DNA of 64,000 bases. Source: a virus. Numbering within the stretch: position 1 is the first letter of the stretch; every line of letters begins with the position of its first letter. The notes beneath the pieces are model-generated. The model had not been told where the DNA came from, made no database searches, and saw nothing but the letters and a program-made list of their open reading frames with translations. Positions 48,735 to 59,770 of this stretch are shown here, piece by piece. The position numbers and the translations under genes were made by a program. The stretch lies in IMG/VR virus record IMGVR_UViG_3300047095_000811, positions 64,001 through 128,000 of that record. One strand, 5' to 3'.

Positions 48735-48835
48735 GCTTGGTTCCTTTCTTCTTGAACACGCATATCATATATGTCATATTTTTCTGTTGCACAGATAAAA
48801 ATCTCCATACGGCGCTAACCGTATGGAGATCCGTA

Positions 48836-49708
48836 TCACTGCAGTGCGGGGTTCACAGTGTAGCGACTGACCGGGGCCGGGAAGTCGGTGTCCAGCCGGA
48901 ACTTCGTCACAAAGTTCAGCAGGTTGTTTGCCGTAGTGCCGGTGCTCAGGGATCCGGTGGTAATCCGGTTGAAGACCCAAGAGATGTGCGACAGGTCTCG
49001 CAGGTTCCCAAGCACATGCTCCGAAATCACGCTCTGTTCGGCGACGATGAACTTGAAGAAGAGCATGTACGCCTTCAGCTTCGACTCGATGGCGCTCACG
49101 TCGTGGCTGGCGTGAAAAGCTCTCACCCCGTCCGGGACGTTTCTGCCAGCTGCCGAGATGAACTCGTGCAGGAGGTAAGCCTTGTACAGGGAGGTGATGT
49201 CGTCGGCGGTTCTGAGCTTGAGGAAGAGATTGTGCATCTTGTCAAAGCACATGTTCTCACCGAGGGCGTTCCTCTCCCCGTACATCACGTACCCGAGCAG
49301 GACATCCCGGAAGATCGTTCCACGGTACTCGATGGCCAGCTCCCCGGAATCAGAGAGGGAGAGGAGGTCGCTCGCCAAGAAGTTTCCAGCTAGCTGGGAA
49401 TTCAGGAAGCGATCCTCGAAGTGTATGACGAAGTCGCTGGGGATGAGTCGGAAGTACCAGTTCAGATCCACCAGATTTCTGTGTTCCGTGCCGAAGCAGT
49501 CCAAGAGCTGTTCGACTTCTGAGTGGTGGACCGAAGCGCCTATCACGTCGTATCCGATGGAGCGGACTGCCTCTCGGATGTAGATCCTAGCGATAGAGGG
49601 CATGCGCCCTGCCATAGCACCGTAGTAGTTCTCTAGGTTTGTCTTTGTGTCGAAGAGCCCGTAGAATGGCTCCATGTCCGACATGAATTCTTCGAGAGTT
49701 CTTGCCAT
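48836..49708 (-). CDS. hypothetical (probably structural) protein
   Basis: 290 aa in a late operon. Confidence 0.65.
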   Translation of the reverse strand: MARTLEEFMSDMEPFYGLFDTKTNLENYYGAMAGRMPSIARIYIREAVRSIGYDVIGASVHHSEVEQLLDCFGTEHRNLVDLNWYFRLIPSDFVIHFEDRFLNSQLAGNFLASDLLSLSDSGELAIEYRGTIFRDVLLGYVMYGERNALGENMCFDKMHNLFLKLRTADDITSLYKAYLLHEFISAAGRNVPDGVRAFHASHDVSAIESKLKAYMLFFKFIVAEQSVISEHVLGNLRDLSHISWVFNRITTGSLSTGTTANNLLNFVTKFRLDTDFPAPVSRYTVNPALQ

Positions 49709-49715
49709 ATTTTCC

Positions 49716-51218
49716 TCAAGCCATCAGGCTGTAAGCAGTTTCCGAGAGATCTTCGATGTTCGCCAAGTTATTGGTCACGAGATCCTCGTTCAGGTCGTGG
49801 ACGTACTTAAGATCGGCGGTCGCCTCGGACTCGAACTCACCGTACTTGGAGAAATCCACCGACAGCTCGGACATGTTACCCTGCAGCTTCCGGGCCAGCC
49901 TGTAGGTTTCTAGGTTAGTCCCGATAGAGCTGGTGAGCATGTTGTCGTCTCTGAAGCCGTAGGTCGCCAGAGTCCGGGAGTGCTCGTCTGCCGGGATGTT
50001 GCCCGTCTTGACGTAGATCGGAGAGTTCATGTCTCCGTTCAGGGAGCCCCGGTACGACTTGGTGAGGTCGTAGGTGTTCCGGTTCATCAGAGCGTATCTC
50101 TCGTCGGCGAGATACTTCTCCTTCTTCTTCGCACAGCACTTGCAAGAGTTGTCGGACGCGTTCGGGTTGTACCCGCCGTACATCGTGGCGTTTGCGGTAT
50201 TGAGACCCTTCACCCCGAAGACCGACGAGATGAACGGGTCGTAGTTCCCAAACTTGTTTAAGCTCTGTGCGGTGCTACAGGCGGTATACGACTTACTCGA
50301 AGAGAAGGCGTTCCGCATGGAGTCGGAGAGAGCGGTGTTGACCAGAGACGGCACTCCGAGCTGCTGGAGGAAGCCGCCGAGTTTCGGGTTCAGGCCGGAC
50401 AGCATGGCATTCGCCTGACCAGTCAGACCGTTGACGAAACCCCCGGCTTGCGAGGCCAGACCGTTGATGCCACCCTGCACGGCGTTGATCGCGTTCAGAG
50501 CGCCGCCCACCCCACCCTGCACGGCGTTGACGACCGCCATAGTCCCGCTGAGAGGATTGACGTTGTCTAGGCCCTCGAAGCTTCCTCCGAGCATGTTGGT
50601 CAAGCCGGTCTCCAGAAGGGCGAGAGCGTCGTCGCTCTGACATTCGAGCATCTTCGCCAGAGACGAGATAGGGTCGTCGGGAAGAGGGATGTCGAAGTCG
50701 AAGTCTGTCAGCTTGTCCATCAAGTTCTCAGGGCTGAAGTTGCTCAGCGCGGTGAGCGCGCTGTCGATCATGTTCGAGAGACCAGTGCTGATCTTGTTGA
50801 ACATGTTCTTTATGTCCGTTGCGTCCGGGAGGCTGATCTTGAGGTTCAGGTCAGGCATCCGAAAGTCCAGATTCTTCAGCTTCTCGACGCTGTTGAGGCC
50901 GAGAGAGGTCAGCTTGTCGGTCAGAGCAGAGATGGTGTCCAGCACTCCTGCAGCCGCGATGGCTGCGTTGAATCCGGCGTTCACGCAGCCGTCCAGAACC
51001 TTGATTGCGCTCCCTACGTCTCTCAGTGCCCCGTTGATCTGGTTGTTGGACGAGTTGATGAGCATCTTGAGGTTATTCAGTTCCGGCCCACCGCAGGCAA
51101 GGTTCCGGGACACGTAGTCCTCGACCATGTAGCCTTGAGGGTAGACCCTTGGAATGTCGCCAGCTTGGATTCTATCGAAGGGCTTGACGATCGAGTTCCT
51201 TATGTCAAATACATTCAT
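49716..51218 (-). CDS. putative tail/baseplate structural protein
   Basis: 500 aa, Gly/Asn-rich, late promoter 51250-51261. Confidence 0.55.
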   Translation of the reverse strand: MNVFDIRNSIVKPFDRIQAGDIPRVYPQGYMVEDYVSRNLACGGPELNNLKMLINSSNNQINGALRDVGSAIKVLDGCVNAGFNAAIAAAGVLDTISALTDKLTSLGLNSVEKLKNLDFRMPDLNLKISLPDATDIKNMFNKISTGLSNMIDSALTALSNFSPENLMDKLTDFDFDIPLPDDPISSLAKMLECQSDDALALLETGLTNMLGGSFEGLDNVNPLSGTMAVVNAVQGGVGGALNAINAVQGGINGLASQAGGFVNGLTGQANAMLSGLNPKLGGFLQQLGVPSLVNTALSDSMRNAFSSSKSYTACSTAQSLNKFGNYDPFISSVFGVKGLNTANATMYGGYNPNASDNSCKCCAKKKEKYLADERYALMNRNTYDLTKSYRGSLNGDMNSPIYVKTGNIPADEHSRTLATYGFRDDNMLTSSIGTNLETYRLARKLQGNMSELSVDFSKYGEFESEATADLKYVHDLNEDLVTNNLANIEDLSETAYSLMA

Positions 51219-51249
51219 GATTTTCCTTCCAGGAAATCCTTTTGCAAAT

Positions 51250-51285
51250 TATTTCAATGTTCTTTGAGAATTTAACAGGTAGATA
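51250..51285. promoter_or_regulatory. back-to-back late promoters
   Basis: AACAttgaaaTA (minus, 51250-51261) and AACAggtagaTA (plus, 51274-51285). Confidence 0.75.
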
Positions 51286-51318
51286 ATCACCATTTTAGGT
51301 TTCTAGAAGGAAAACGTC

Positions 51319-54300
51319 ATGGCTGTGTTCCTAAAGAACGTGGCGAAGTCCTTGTTGACTAATACCCTCCCGGAGGGTACCACGAGGCTCTTCCCCGGAA
51401 CCGCAGAAGTCATGTCCCGCTTTAAGCAGGACGTGGACAAGTCTGAGGGTATCGTAGACGAACTACGAGAGAAAGCATCAAAGTTCAGCCAAGCCGCAAA
51501 CTTCGCTGGATTCAAGCGGATCCACAAGACCGCGTTCAAGCAGCTCTCCACCGGCAAGTTCGGCATCTCCAAGGAGGAAGCCGACTCCGACATGATGAAG
51601 AGCATGGGCTTCGACATGGAGGGGATGGACCTCTCCGGAGACTTTGACTTCGACGCTGCAAACGGTGCAGGCGGCGATTCTTCGTCTTCCGCCGAGTCCT
51701 CGACCAGCCCGGATGGCTCGGTCACTGAGATTACCAACAAGAACTATTACACTAACATCAACAAAGGCAGCTCCGACAACGGAGAAGTCGTTAGTGCGAT
51801 CGCTTCCGGGGCAATCACCGGATTGGGCGGTCTAGCCGCAATCGGCGGCATTTTGTCTGAGATCAACAAGAACATCGGTCTGCTCGACGCCTTCCAGAAG
51901 GAAAAGACGTCGATGTACTACGACCTTTCACTGGAGGCTTCTAAAGCTCTGGTGGCGGCGCAGGAGAAGCAGAGCGCCGACTCCGCGAAGATGTACCAGT
52001 ACTTCGCGGACTTGCAAGATCAAAAAACTTTGAAGGCTGCTCAAGAGCAAACCGGGATCGACATGGGCTCCATGCTCGACCCCTCCAGACTGCTCGGGAA
52101 GATCAACGATAGCTTCTTCACCAGCGACATGGTGCTCGGCGGTCTCGGAAACGAGATTGGGAAGATCGCCAAGGATCCGATCGGATTCCTCGCGTCAGCT
52201 GCTCTTTTCGGGTCTGCGTTCGGTGGCGGTCGCGGTCTAGTTGGGGAGATGTTTGGTTCGCAGATCGATAAGGTCGAGCGGATGGCAAAGAACCTTCCGT
52301 ACTTGGCCCAGAACAAGCTCGAAAGCTGGTCTGCCGGTCGCGACTACGGTAAGAGTGGTTTCTCCATCGAGAACATTCTTGCCTCGATTGGCGACAACCT
52401 GAAGCTGGACATCGCTAACCCGAAGCTCAAGCTGAATCAGGATGCCGACGGAGCGACCTCGTTCGACACCGTGACCAGACGCTCCATCATCACCGAGATC
52501 CCAGGATACCTGTCTAAGATCTTGATGACGCTACAGCAGTTGACTGACATCACCAGCCGTGCGCACAACCTCCAGCCGGACTCCAAAATCGGTCACACCG
52601 TCTACGACAGGGAGACCGGGAAGTTCGAGGGAGAACACAAGTACAAGAGCGCGATCGCTTCAAGATTCCGCAAGATCAATCGCGGTGAGACTTCCGAGGG
52701 CTTTGGCACTAACTTGAAGCAGGCGATGACCGCCTCCGGCGTCAAGGGCCACGACGCTCGTCGCCTGCAGGCCAGCTTGCTCGGTCTCGCCAACTCCAAC
52801 TTCGCCGGGATGACGGACCTGAAGGACTCCAAGTCCGTCAAGGAAATGCTCGGTCGGATGTGGGATCAGGAGATCAAGAAGCGCAAGGGTCAGACCAACG
52901 AAGAGTACGAGGACTTCAAGAAGCGCACGATCGCCAAGCGGATCAGCAAGATCTCTCCGCATCTGGATTCCGTCATCGGGACCATGAATGCGTCTGGCAA
53001 GTCGGACGACATTCTGGCTGCTGACTTGGCTACTCGCAAGGCGGCGCTGGACAAGATCCGCGTTGAGAAGGGCGAGGCGCAGTACAAGGCGGAACACGCC
53101 AAGTTCCTTGAGTACAAGAAGCGCGTCGAGAAGCTGAAGGCTTCCGGCGACCTCGGAACCCACTACTCCAACAACCTCGAAGACTCCTTCATCCGCCACG
53201 GAGCGGACACGTACCAAGCCGTCGTGGACGAAGGCAAGCGCATGTCCGGGAAGACTTCCGGTATGGTTGCCGCTCTGAACGGAGACATCACCGAAGTCAA
53301 GGGTAAGAAGGACTACACTGTCAAGAATAAGGATGCTGACAAGCTCCGTAAGATGGCAGAGCAGTTCCGAGACAGAGCCAAGGCTTCTAGAGCTGCGTCC
53401 GGCTCCGATTCCGGCTTCTTCGACTCCATCGTCGACAAGATCGGCGGCGTCGGCACCAAGGTCTACGAGAAGATCGGCAAGGCCGGTGACAGCATCGCCA
53501 AGAGCGTGAAGTCCGGCATCACCAGCGTCTTCGGTCTAGACAAGAAGGAGACCAAAGGCAAGAGCCTGCTGGAGACCATGTCGTTTGCGTTCGACCAGAA
53601 GGCGCTTCTGCCGTTTAAGCGGATGCTCATCGGGAAGTCAGAGGGAGACGCGACCAAGATGTCGTTCCTCGACACCGTCAAGCTTCGCTGGGACACCAGC
53701 ATCTTGACGCCAATGAAGAAGGCGATGCTTGGAGAGGGAGCCACCGCTGAAGAGGCTCAGAAGACATCTTTCTTCGAGTCGCTGAACAAGGGCATGAACC
53801 GCACCGTTCTGATGCCGCTCAAGACGTGGCTCATCGGAGACGAGAAGGCCGCAAAGAGAGTTGGCTTCTTCAAGGCCATCGAGATCTCTTGGAATAAGAA
53901 TGTCATGCTCCCGGTGAAAACCTGGATGATGGGCGGCGACAAGAAGTCTGCCCGCAAGATGACATTCCTCCAAGTCGTCGGCGACAAGCTTGAGAAATCG
54001 GTGTTCCTCCCGCTCCGCACGAGCCTGCTCGGCGGGAACGAGAAGAAGGCCAAGAATCTGTCGATGTGGGGAGCGATCTCCCACAGCTTCGACCGCAACA
54101 TCACTCACCCGCTGAAGAAGCTCATGCTTCCTGACGCGGACGTCCGCACTCTCCGCAAGACGTCATTCCTGACCGCGATGCGTACCTCCTTCGACCAGAA
54201 GGTGCTGCAGCCGATCAAGGGGTGGCTGTTCGGCGAGGAGGGCAAGAAGAAGTCATTCTTCAAGAACTTCTCCGAATGGATGGGTCCGAGGATCAACAAG

Positions 54301-57300
54301 ATCCTCTTCGGCGACAAGGCCAAGGACAACACCCTGTGGGGCAACATCAAGAACACCCTGAAGGGAGTCGGCACGTTCATCTCCGACAAGGTATTCAAGC
54401 CCCTCAAGGGATGGTTCCTTGACGAGCTCATGCCCTCCATGAAGGACATGTTCAAGGAAGTCGGAGCAGAGGTCAAGCGTTTCTTCGGGAAGGCCAAGGA
54501 CTTCTTCACCAAGGATCTCGTGAAAGGTGCCAAGGGCATCATGAAGGAGATCTTGGGCGATGACATGATCAAGACGATCCGCGAGAAGGTCGTGGATCCG
54601 TTCAAGAATGCGATCGCTAAGCTCGGCGAAACGCTGGGCGGCTTCTTCAAGTTCTTCCTGAGACTGCCAGTGAACCTCTTCAAGGGTATTGCTGACTCGA
54701 TCAAGCTGAACCGCATGAAGCGCGGCGAGGGCAACTTCTCCGACGACGAGCGAAACCGCCTCGAAGCACTGGACAAGAAGGGTTCCACCTTCGACTTCAT
54801 GGCTGGCGTCCGCAAGAAGGCTGAAGACACCAAGAAGGCGGTTGACGACGCGTTGACTCCTCCGGCTGATGTTGGTCAACGCTTCAAGAAAGCCGGGGAA
54901 CAGGTCTCCGAGGGCTTCGAAGAAGGGATCGTTGACGGCACCAAGACCATCTGGGAGAAAGTCAAGGACATGGGCACTGGCGTGTTGGACAAGGTGAAAG
55001 CCGTGTTCGACATTCACTCTCCGTCCCGCAAGATGAGAGAGCTCGGCGAACACGTCGTCGAGGGCTTCATCGAGGGCCTGAAGAGGAAGGAACAAGAGGC
55101 TCTGGCGATCATCGACCGTCTGAGCAACTCCCTCCAGAATCGTAAGCTCGAACTGTCCGGAGAGATCACTGCCAAGGTGGACGAGGGCGCTGAGAAGGGT
55201 GGCCGCTTCGGCGAGATCATCAAACAGCTCCACGCCAACGTCACCGAGACGAAGAAGACCACGTCGATCCTCGACAAGATCCACGACTTCATGAAGGGCA
55301 ACCTATCCGAAGTCGACAAGACCACCAAGAAGATCCTCTACGCCATGAAGAACGGCGGCAAGGGTGCTGGCGAAATCGACCTGTACTCCAGTCCGCTGAG
55401 CTGGATGGGCAACAAGCTCGACAGTCTGCTCTCGACCGGCCTGAAGACCATCAAGGGATTCGTGGACGGCGCAGCGAACGTGCTGAAGAGCTTTTCCGAC
55501 CTGCCCAAGAAGGTGCTTGGGATGTTCGGCGATCTGGCGAAGTCTGCCATGAGCGTCGTGACCAACCTGCTCCCGAACATCGGCGATCTGGCGGCAAGCG
55601 CCATGAAGACGCTGAGCAACCTTGCGAAGAATGCTGGCGACACGTTCGTCAACATGACCGACAAGGTACTCCAAGCCGGTCTCAAGCTGGCCGGACAGAT
55701 CGGCAATGCGATCAAGCCTTTGACCGATGCGTTCGTCGACGTAACCTCAACTCTGATCAGCGGCCTGAAGCCTGCTGTTACGAGTCTGACGACTGCGCTA
55801 ACTAGCGCCGTGCAGGGTCTGGCTACTTTTGCTGGCAAGCTTCTGGACTTTGCGGGTCAGCTCGGGAACAAGGTTCTCGACTTCTCCGCCAAGCACCTCG
55901 GCATCTCTATCGGCAAGGGCCGGACCGGCGGAGGTCTCATGGACCCCAACGCCATCGTCAAGGTGTCGCTGGTGAATAGCTTCGTCGGCGGGTCTGCTGC
56001 GAATCCGATGTACGTACACGTTGTAGACGGTAAGGTTCAGGTTTACAGGAAGGAAAAGCCTTCCGTGAAGATGACCGACAACATCGAGGACGTGACTGCC
56101 GCAGCCGACAAGCTCAAAGGTAAGAAGGACGCCGAGAAGAAAGAAGACAAGAAGGACGATACTCTCGATAAGCTGAAGGATGTCGCTGGCACCGTTGCGG
56201 GTGCTGCTGCTCCGGGGCTGATTGGGAAGGCAGCTACTACTGTCGGTGCCAAGGTCGCTGCGGCCAAGGCTGGCGCGAGTAGTATCCTTGGTAAGATCGT
56301 CGATCGCGGCGATTACACCAAGGCAAAGGCAATCGACAAGTTCCGTACTGCGGATAAGATCAACGTTCGTTCCGACGAATGGAAGAATCTGAGCAAGGCC
56401 GACAGATCGAAGATTCTGAGCGAACGGAAGGCAGCTGCGAAGGCAGGGGAGACCCTGAAGTCGAGCCGCACTGTCAGGATCAACGAGGGTCTGAAGAAGG
56501 CCGGAGGTAAGGTCACCGGAGCCATCGACAAGGTTGGCAAGGGTGCTTCTTGGATTGGAGACAAAATCTCAGGTGCAGGGAAGGCCGTCACCAAAGCTAC
56601 GACCGGCAAGTTCGGGACTGGCGGTGCAGGGAACCTGATCTCCAAGGCGACTTCTGGCGCTGTCGACAAGATCGGCGGGCTGGCAAAGACTAGCATCGAG
56701 AAGGTTGGTTCTTCGAGAATCGGTCAGGCAGTGGGCGGCGCTCTGGAGAAAGTTCCGGGCGGAGCTATCGCCAAGACTGTCGGTGGCGCTGCCGGGAAAC
56801 TTGGCGGTGCTGCTGCGTCCATGACCGGGAAAGCCTTTGGTGGCGTGGTTGGCACTGGCGTGAAAGCCATTGGCAGCACCGTTGCCAATGTCGGCGTCCG
56901 GATGCCTACGGCTATCGCTGGCGGTGCCATGAACATGGCGGGCAAAGCCGTCAGCGGCGTTGCTGGCATGGCAGGCAAGATGGCGGGCTCGGTCATGAAG
57001 ATCGGTGCCAAGGGTCTCACGATCGGCGGCGTAGTCGGCGGTCTGGGCGAAGTCATCTCCGACACCATCTTCGAGAAGGGTGGCCACGCTCACAAGATCT
57101 TCACGAACTCCTTCAAGACGCTCGGCGGTGCATCCACCGGTGCTATGATCGGCAGTATGATCCTTCCGGGGGTCGGCACGCTGATCGGCGGCGTCATTGG
57201 TGCTGCTGCGTCCGGTCTGACGGATGCTCTGGCGGGCGTCAAGGACTGGCTGGAGGACACCTTCAAAGACGAGATCCAGAATGCGACCGGCTTCTTCCTT

Positions 57301-59676
57301 GAATTCCCGGAGAAGCTGAGCGGTTGGATCGAGAAGCTGCCGGAGAAGGTTGACAAGTTCGCGGAAGAGATTCCCAATAAGATCATGGCGTTCTTCTCGA
57401 CTCCGACGACCTCGGAGCTCGACCCGACGACTGGCCTACCGAAGGAAGAGAAACCCTCTATCCTCTGGAAGATGGTCAAGGCGCTCGGGAACGCTGGCAT
57501 GAGTCTCGTTGCTCAGGCACCTAAGCTGGCGATCACCCTCGGGGAGTCTCTGACTAAGGTTCTGGTGGCGGGCATCATCACTGCCGGTGGGTTCATGTTG
57601 AAGGGCTTCGCTCGTTTCGGCAACATGATCCAGAACGCTTTCGAAGATAACGTCTACTTGCCGCTCAAGGGCAGCGTCCAGAAGCAGCTCATCAAGTTGG
57701 GCGACTTCGTCAGCGGCGTGTTCGAGGACGGCTTCGGCGGTTCCATCAACCGCGTCAGACAGTCTCTCGCCGACATGAAGATCAGCATCTTCGGCAAGGA
57801 ATTCGCACCGTTCAGCTTCCTCGCGGTCTCCGACCAAGAGAAGGCAGACATGGCGGCGAAGGCCAAGGCGAGAGAAGAATCGACTAACCAGAAGCTCAAG
57901 GCCGTCGACACCGAGCAAGACCAGTACAAGCTCGCTAGAGACAAGCGCCAGCAGGCCAGCCTGCAGGCCATCGACGACGGTACGAAGGGCGCGATTGCCA
58001 CAAGCAACAAGCTCGTCGGAGGTCTCGGTGATGCCCTCCGCTCCGCCACAGGGGCTAACGCCGCTGCCGAGTGGGGTAAGGGTCTGGGCAAGGGAGACCG
58101 AAACCAGAACCGCTACGCTCAGGCGATGGAAGCCGCGAAGGGCGACGAGAAGAAGGCCAAGGAAGAGTACGCCAAGAAGTTCCTGATCTCCGAAGAGGAG
58201 GCGGCTACAGCCAAGGCGAAGAACGACGGCAGCTACGAAAGATTGGTTGCCGAACGCACCGCAAGTGTGGACAAGGACGCGAACTGGAGTCAGGGCAAGA
58301 CCTCGTACGGAGCAGCGAAATCTGCTGCAAACGAGGAACGCTACAAGACTTGGCTGCAGTCTCAGGGTCTCAAGGACAACGAGCAGTCGCGTAACAAGTT
58401 CGATCTACTCGTCCAGTCGGAGCAATCCGGCAGAGTGATCATGGCCAGCGGCAAGGCTTTCGGTAAGCCAGAAGTGGAAGACGCCATCACGAAGGCGGCT
58501 AACGCGTACGGCATCCCGAGAGACCTGATGGTCAAGATGGCGCTGATCGAGTCGAACATGAATCCTTCGGCAAGCCGTGGCCCGAACGGCGCGAAGGGTC
58601 TGTACCAGTTCGTGCCCGACACCGCAGCTGCCTACGGGATCAAGGGTCGCGAGTTGGATCCGTATGCCAATGCTGAAGCGGCAGCTCGTCTGTTCCGCGA
58701 CAACATGAAGCAGATGACCAACAAGGGCATCCCCATCACCCCGACCACCATGTACCTTGCTCACCAGCAGGGTGCGGGCGGTCTCGGCGCTATCTGGTAC
58801 TCGGCCAAGTCTGGCATGGGCATTAGCAGCAAAGAGATCGCGGGGAACATGGCGAACAACGACCCGCTCGGCGAGAGCAAGTACAGGGATCCGAAATTGT
58901 TCCTCGCTGCTTGGGAGAAGAAGCTTGGAGAAGGCAACCAGCTGGCGAGCATGTTCGGGGTCTCCCCGGATGTCGTCGCTGGCGTCAAGCTGAACTCCAA
59001 CATTGCGGCAATGAGCGGAGGCAGTCCTGCTTCCACCGCTATGGCTGCAGTGGCTTCGGCTCCTGCGCCGAAGGTCGCTCCTGCGGCTACCGCCATGACT
59101 GCTCTGGCTGCGGCTCCGTCCGTTGCGCCTCAGACTAAGGCGTCTCCTGCTGCTACCGCTAACACGGTTTCCGACAAGGTGATGACTGCAGCTACGACCC
59201 CAACGGTCTCCGCTGCGCCATCCACTGCGAAGGGCAACGTCATGGGCGGTATTGCGGTGGCGACGGCTGCAGGTCTGGCCGGAACTGCGGCGAGAGAGTC
59301 TGTCCAAGACCGTCAGCTCAACACGAGCTCGATTCAGGCTGCTATGGCTCCGACTGGCGGCGTGGATCCGGCTCTGGCGGAACTGCGTCAGCAGACTACT
59401 CTCCTTGCCGCGATTGCGGGCAACACCAAGGAACTCGGTGGGATGTCGAACAGCATCGTGTCTGCGGTGAACAATGTGACGAACAACAATGGCGCGGCCA
59501 CGAAGGTGGCCGAGAACGTCGAGAGATCTAACACGTTCGTCAATAATGCTAGGAAGACGGACATCTTCGGAAATCTGACCAACAGAGGTGACGCTGGAGT
59601 GCTGAGGCCCTCGGTCGATGCTCTTCGCATTGCCTCTGGTGGGAATATCCCGAACATGAGCCCGATCACTGTCTGA
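51319..59676 (+). CDS. tape measure protein with lytic transglycosylase domain
   Basis: 2785 aa, helical repeats, DIHSPSR motif, Gly-rich hydrophobic region, SLT motifs IESNMNP...AKGLYQF...YLAHQQG. Confidence 0.85.
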   Translation: MAVFLKNVAKSLLTNTLPEGTTRLFPGTAEVMSRFKQDVDKSEGIVDELREKASKFSQAANFAGFKRIHKTAFKQLSTGKFGISKEEADSDMMKSMGFDMEGMDLSGDFDFDAANGAGGDSSSSAESSTSPDGSVTEITNKNYYTNINKGSSDNGEVVSAIASGAITGLGGLAAIGGILSEINKNIGLLDAFQKEKTSMYYDLSLEASKALVAAQEKQSADSAKMYQYFADLQDQKTLKAAQEQTGIDMGSMLDPSRLLGKINDSFFTSDMVLGGLGNEIGKIAKDPIGFLASAALFGSAFGGGRGLVGEMFGSQIDKVERMAKNLPYLAQNKLESWSAGRDYGKSGFSIENILASIGDNLKLDIANPKLKLNQDADGATSFDTVTRRSIITEIPGYLSKILMTLQQLTDITSRAHNLQPDSKIGHTVYDRETGKFEGEHKYKSAIASRFRKINRGETSEGFGTNLKQAMTASGVKGHDARRLQASLLGLANSNFAGMTDLKDSKSVKEMLGRMWDQEIKKRKGQTNEEYEDFKKRTIAKRISKISPHLDSVIGTMNASGKSDDILAADLATRKAALDKIRVEKGEAQYKAEHAKFLEYKKRVEKLKASGDLGTHYSNNLEDSFIRHGADTYQAVVDEGKRMSGKTSGMVAALNGDITEVKGKKDYTVKNKDADKLRKMAEQFRDRAKASRAASGSDSGFFDSIVDKIGGVGTKVYEKIGKAGDSIAKSVKSGITSVFGLDKKETKGKSLLETMSFAFDQKALLPFKRMLIGKSEGDATKMSFLDTVKLRWDTSILTPMKKAMLGEGATAEEAQKTSFFESLNKGMNRTVLMPLKTWLIGDEKAAKRVGFFKAIEISWNKNVMLPVKTWMMGGDKKSARKMTFLQVVGDKLEKSVFLPLRTSLLGGNEKKAKNLSMWGAISHSFDRNITHPLKKLMLPDADVRTLRKTSFLTAMRTSFDQKVLQPIKGWLFGEEGKKKSFFKNFSEWMGPRINKILFGDKAKDNTLWGNIKNTLKGVGTFISDKVFKPLKGWFLDELMPSMKDMFKEVGAEVKRFFGKAKDFFTKDLVKGAKGIMKEILGDDMIKTIREKVVDPFKNAIAKLGETLGGFFKFFLRLPVNLFKGIADSIKLNRMKRGEGNFSDDERNRLEALDKKGSTFDFMAGVRKKAEDTKKAVDDALTPPADVGQRFKKAGEQVSEGFEEGIVDGTKTIWEKVKDMGTGVLDKVKAVFDIHSPSRKMRELGEHVVEGFIEGLKRKEQEALAIIDRLSNSLQNRKLELSGEITAKVDEGAEKGGRFGEIIKQLHANVTETKKTTSILDKIHDFMKGNLSEVDKTTKKILYAMKNGGKGAGEIDLYSSPLSWMGNKLDSLLSTGLKTIKGFVDGAANVLKSFSDLPKKVLGMFGDLAKSAMSVVTNLLPNIGDLAASAMKTLSNLAKNAGDTFVNMTDKVLQAGLKLAGQIGNAIKPLTDAFVDVTSTLISGLKPAVTSLTTALTSAVQGLATFAGKLLDFAGQLGNKVLDFSAKHLGISIGKGRTGGGLMDPNAIVKVSLVNSFVGGSAANPMYVHVVDGKVQVYRKEKPSVKMTDNIEDVTAAADKLKGKKDAEKKEDKKDDTLDKLKDVAGTVAGAAAPGLIGKAATTVGAKVAAAKAGASSILGKIVDRGDYTKAKAIDKFRTADKINVRSDEWKNLSKADRSKILSERKAAAKAGETLKSSRTVRINEGLKKAGGKVTGAIDKVGKGASWIGDKISGAGKAVTKATTGKFGTGGAGNLISKATSGAVDKIGGLAKTSIEKVGSSRIGQAVGGALEKVPGGAIAKTVGGAAGKLGGAAASMTGKAFGGVVGTGVKAIGSTVANVGVRMPTAIAGGAMNMAGKAVSGVAGMAGKMAGSVMKIGAKGLTIGGVVGGLGEVISDTIFEKGGHAHKIFTNSFKTLGGASTGAMIGSMILPGVGTLIGGVIGAAASGLTDALAGVKDWLEDTFKDEIQNATGFFLEFPEKLSGWIEKLPEKVDKFAEEIPNKIMAFFSTPTTSELDPTTGLPKEEKPSILWKMVKALGNAGMSLVAQAPKLAITLGESLTKVLVAGIITAGGFMLKGFARFGNMIQNAFEDNVYLPLKGSVQKQLIKLGDFVSGVFEDGFGGSINRVRQSLADMKISIFGKEFAPFSFLAVSDQEKADMAAKAKAREESTNQKLKAVDTEQDQYKLARDKRQQASLQAIDDGTKGAIATSNKLVGGLGDALRSATGANAAAEWGKGLGKGDRNQNRYAQAMEAAKGDEKKAKEEYAKKFLISEEEAATAKAKNDGSYERLVAERTASVDKDANWSQGKTSYGAAKSAANEERYKTWLQSQGLKDNEQSRNKFDLLVQSEQSGRVIMASGKAFGKPEVEDAITKAANAYGIPRDLMVKMALIESNMNPSASRGPNGAKGLYQFVPDTAAAYGIKGRELDPYANAEAAARLFRDNMKQMTNKGIPITPTTMYLAHQQGAGGLGAIWYSAKSGMGISSKEIAGNMANNDPLGESKYRDPKLFLAAWEKKLGEGNQLASMFGVSPDVVAGVKLNSNIAAMSGGSPASTAMAAVASAPAPKVAPAATAMTALAAAPSVAPQTKASPAATANTVSDKVMTAATTPTVSAAPSTAKGNVMGGIAVATAAGLAGTAARESVQDRQLNTSSIQAAMAPTGGVDPALAELRQQTTLLAAIAGNTKELGGMSNSIVSAVNNVTNNNGAATKVAENVERSNTFVNNARKTDIFGNLTNRGDAGVLRPSVDALRIASGGNIPNMSPITV
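53550..54420 (+). repeat. about 33-aa degenerate repeats in the tape measure protein
   Basis: Eight or nine copies of K(M/T)SF(L/F)...(W/F)D+xVLxP(L/I)KxWLxG. Confidence 0.75.
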
Positions 59677-59770
59677 TGAAGTCGGTAACGATTAATTAGA
59701 CAGGTATTCACGGATGGCCCTACAGGTGAAAAGCCTGTAGGGCCTCCTCATTTCTTCGCATGGTGACCAA

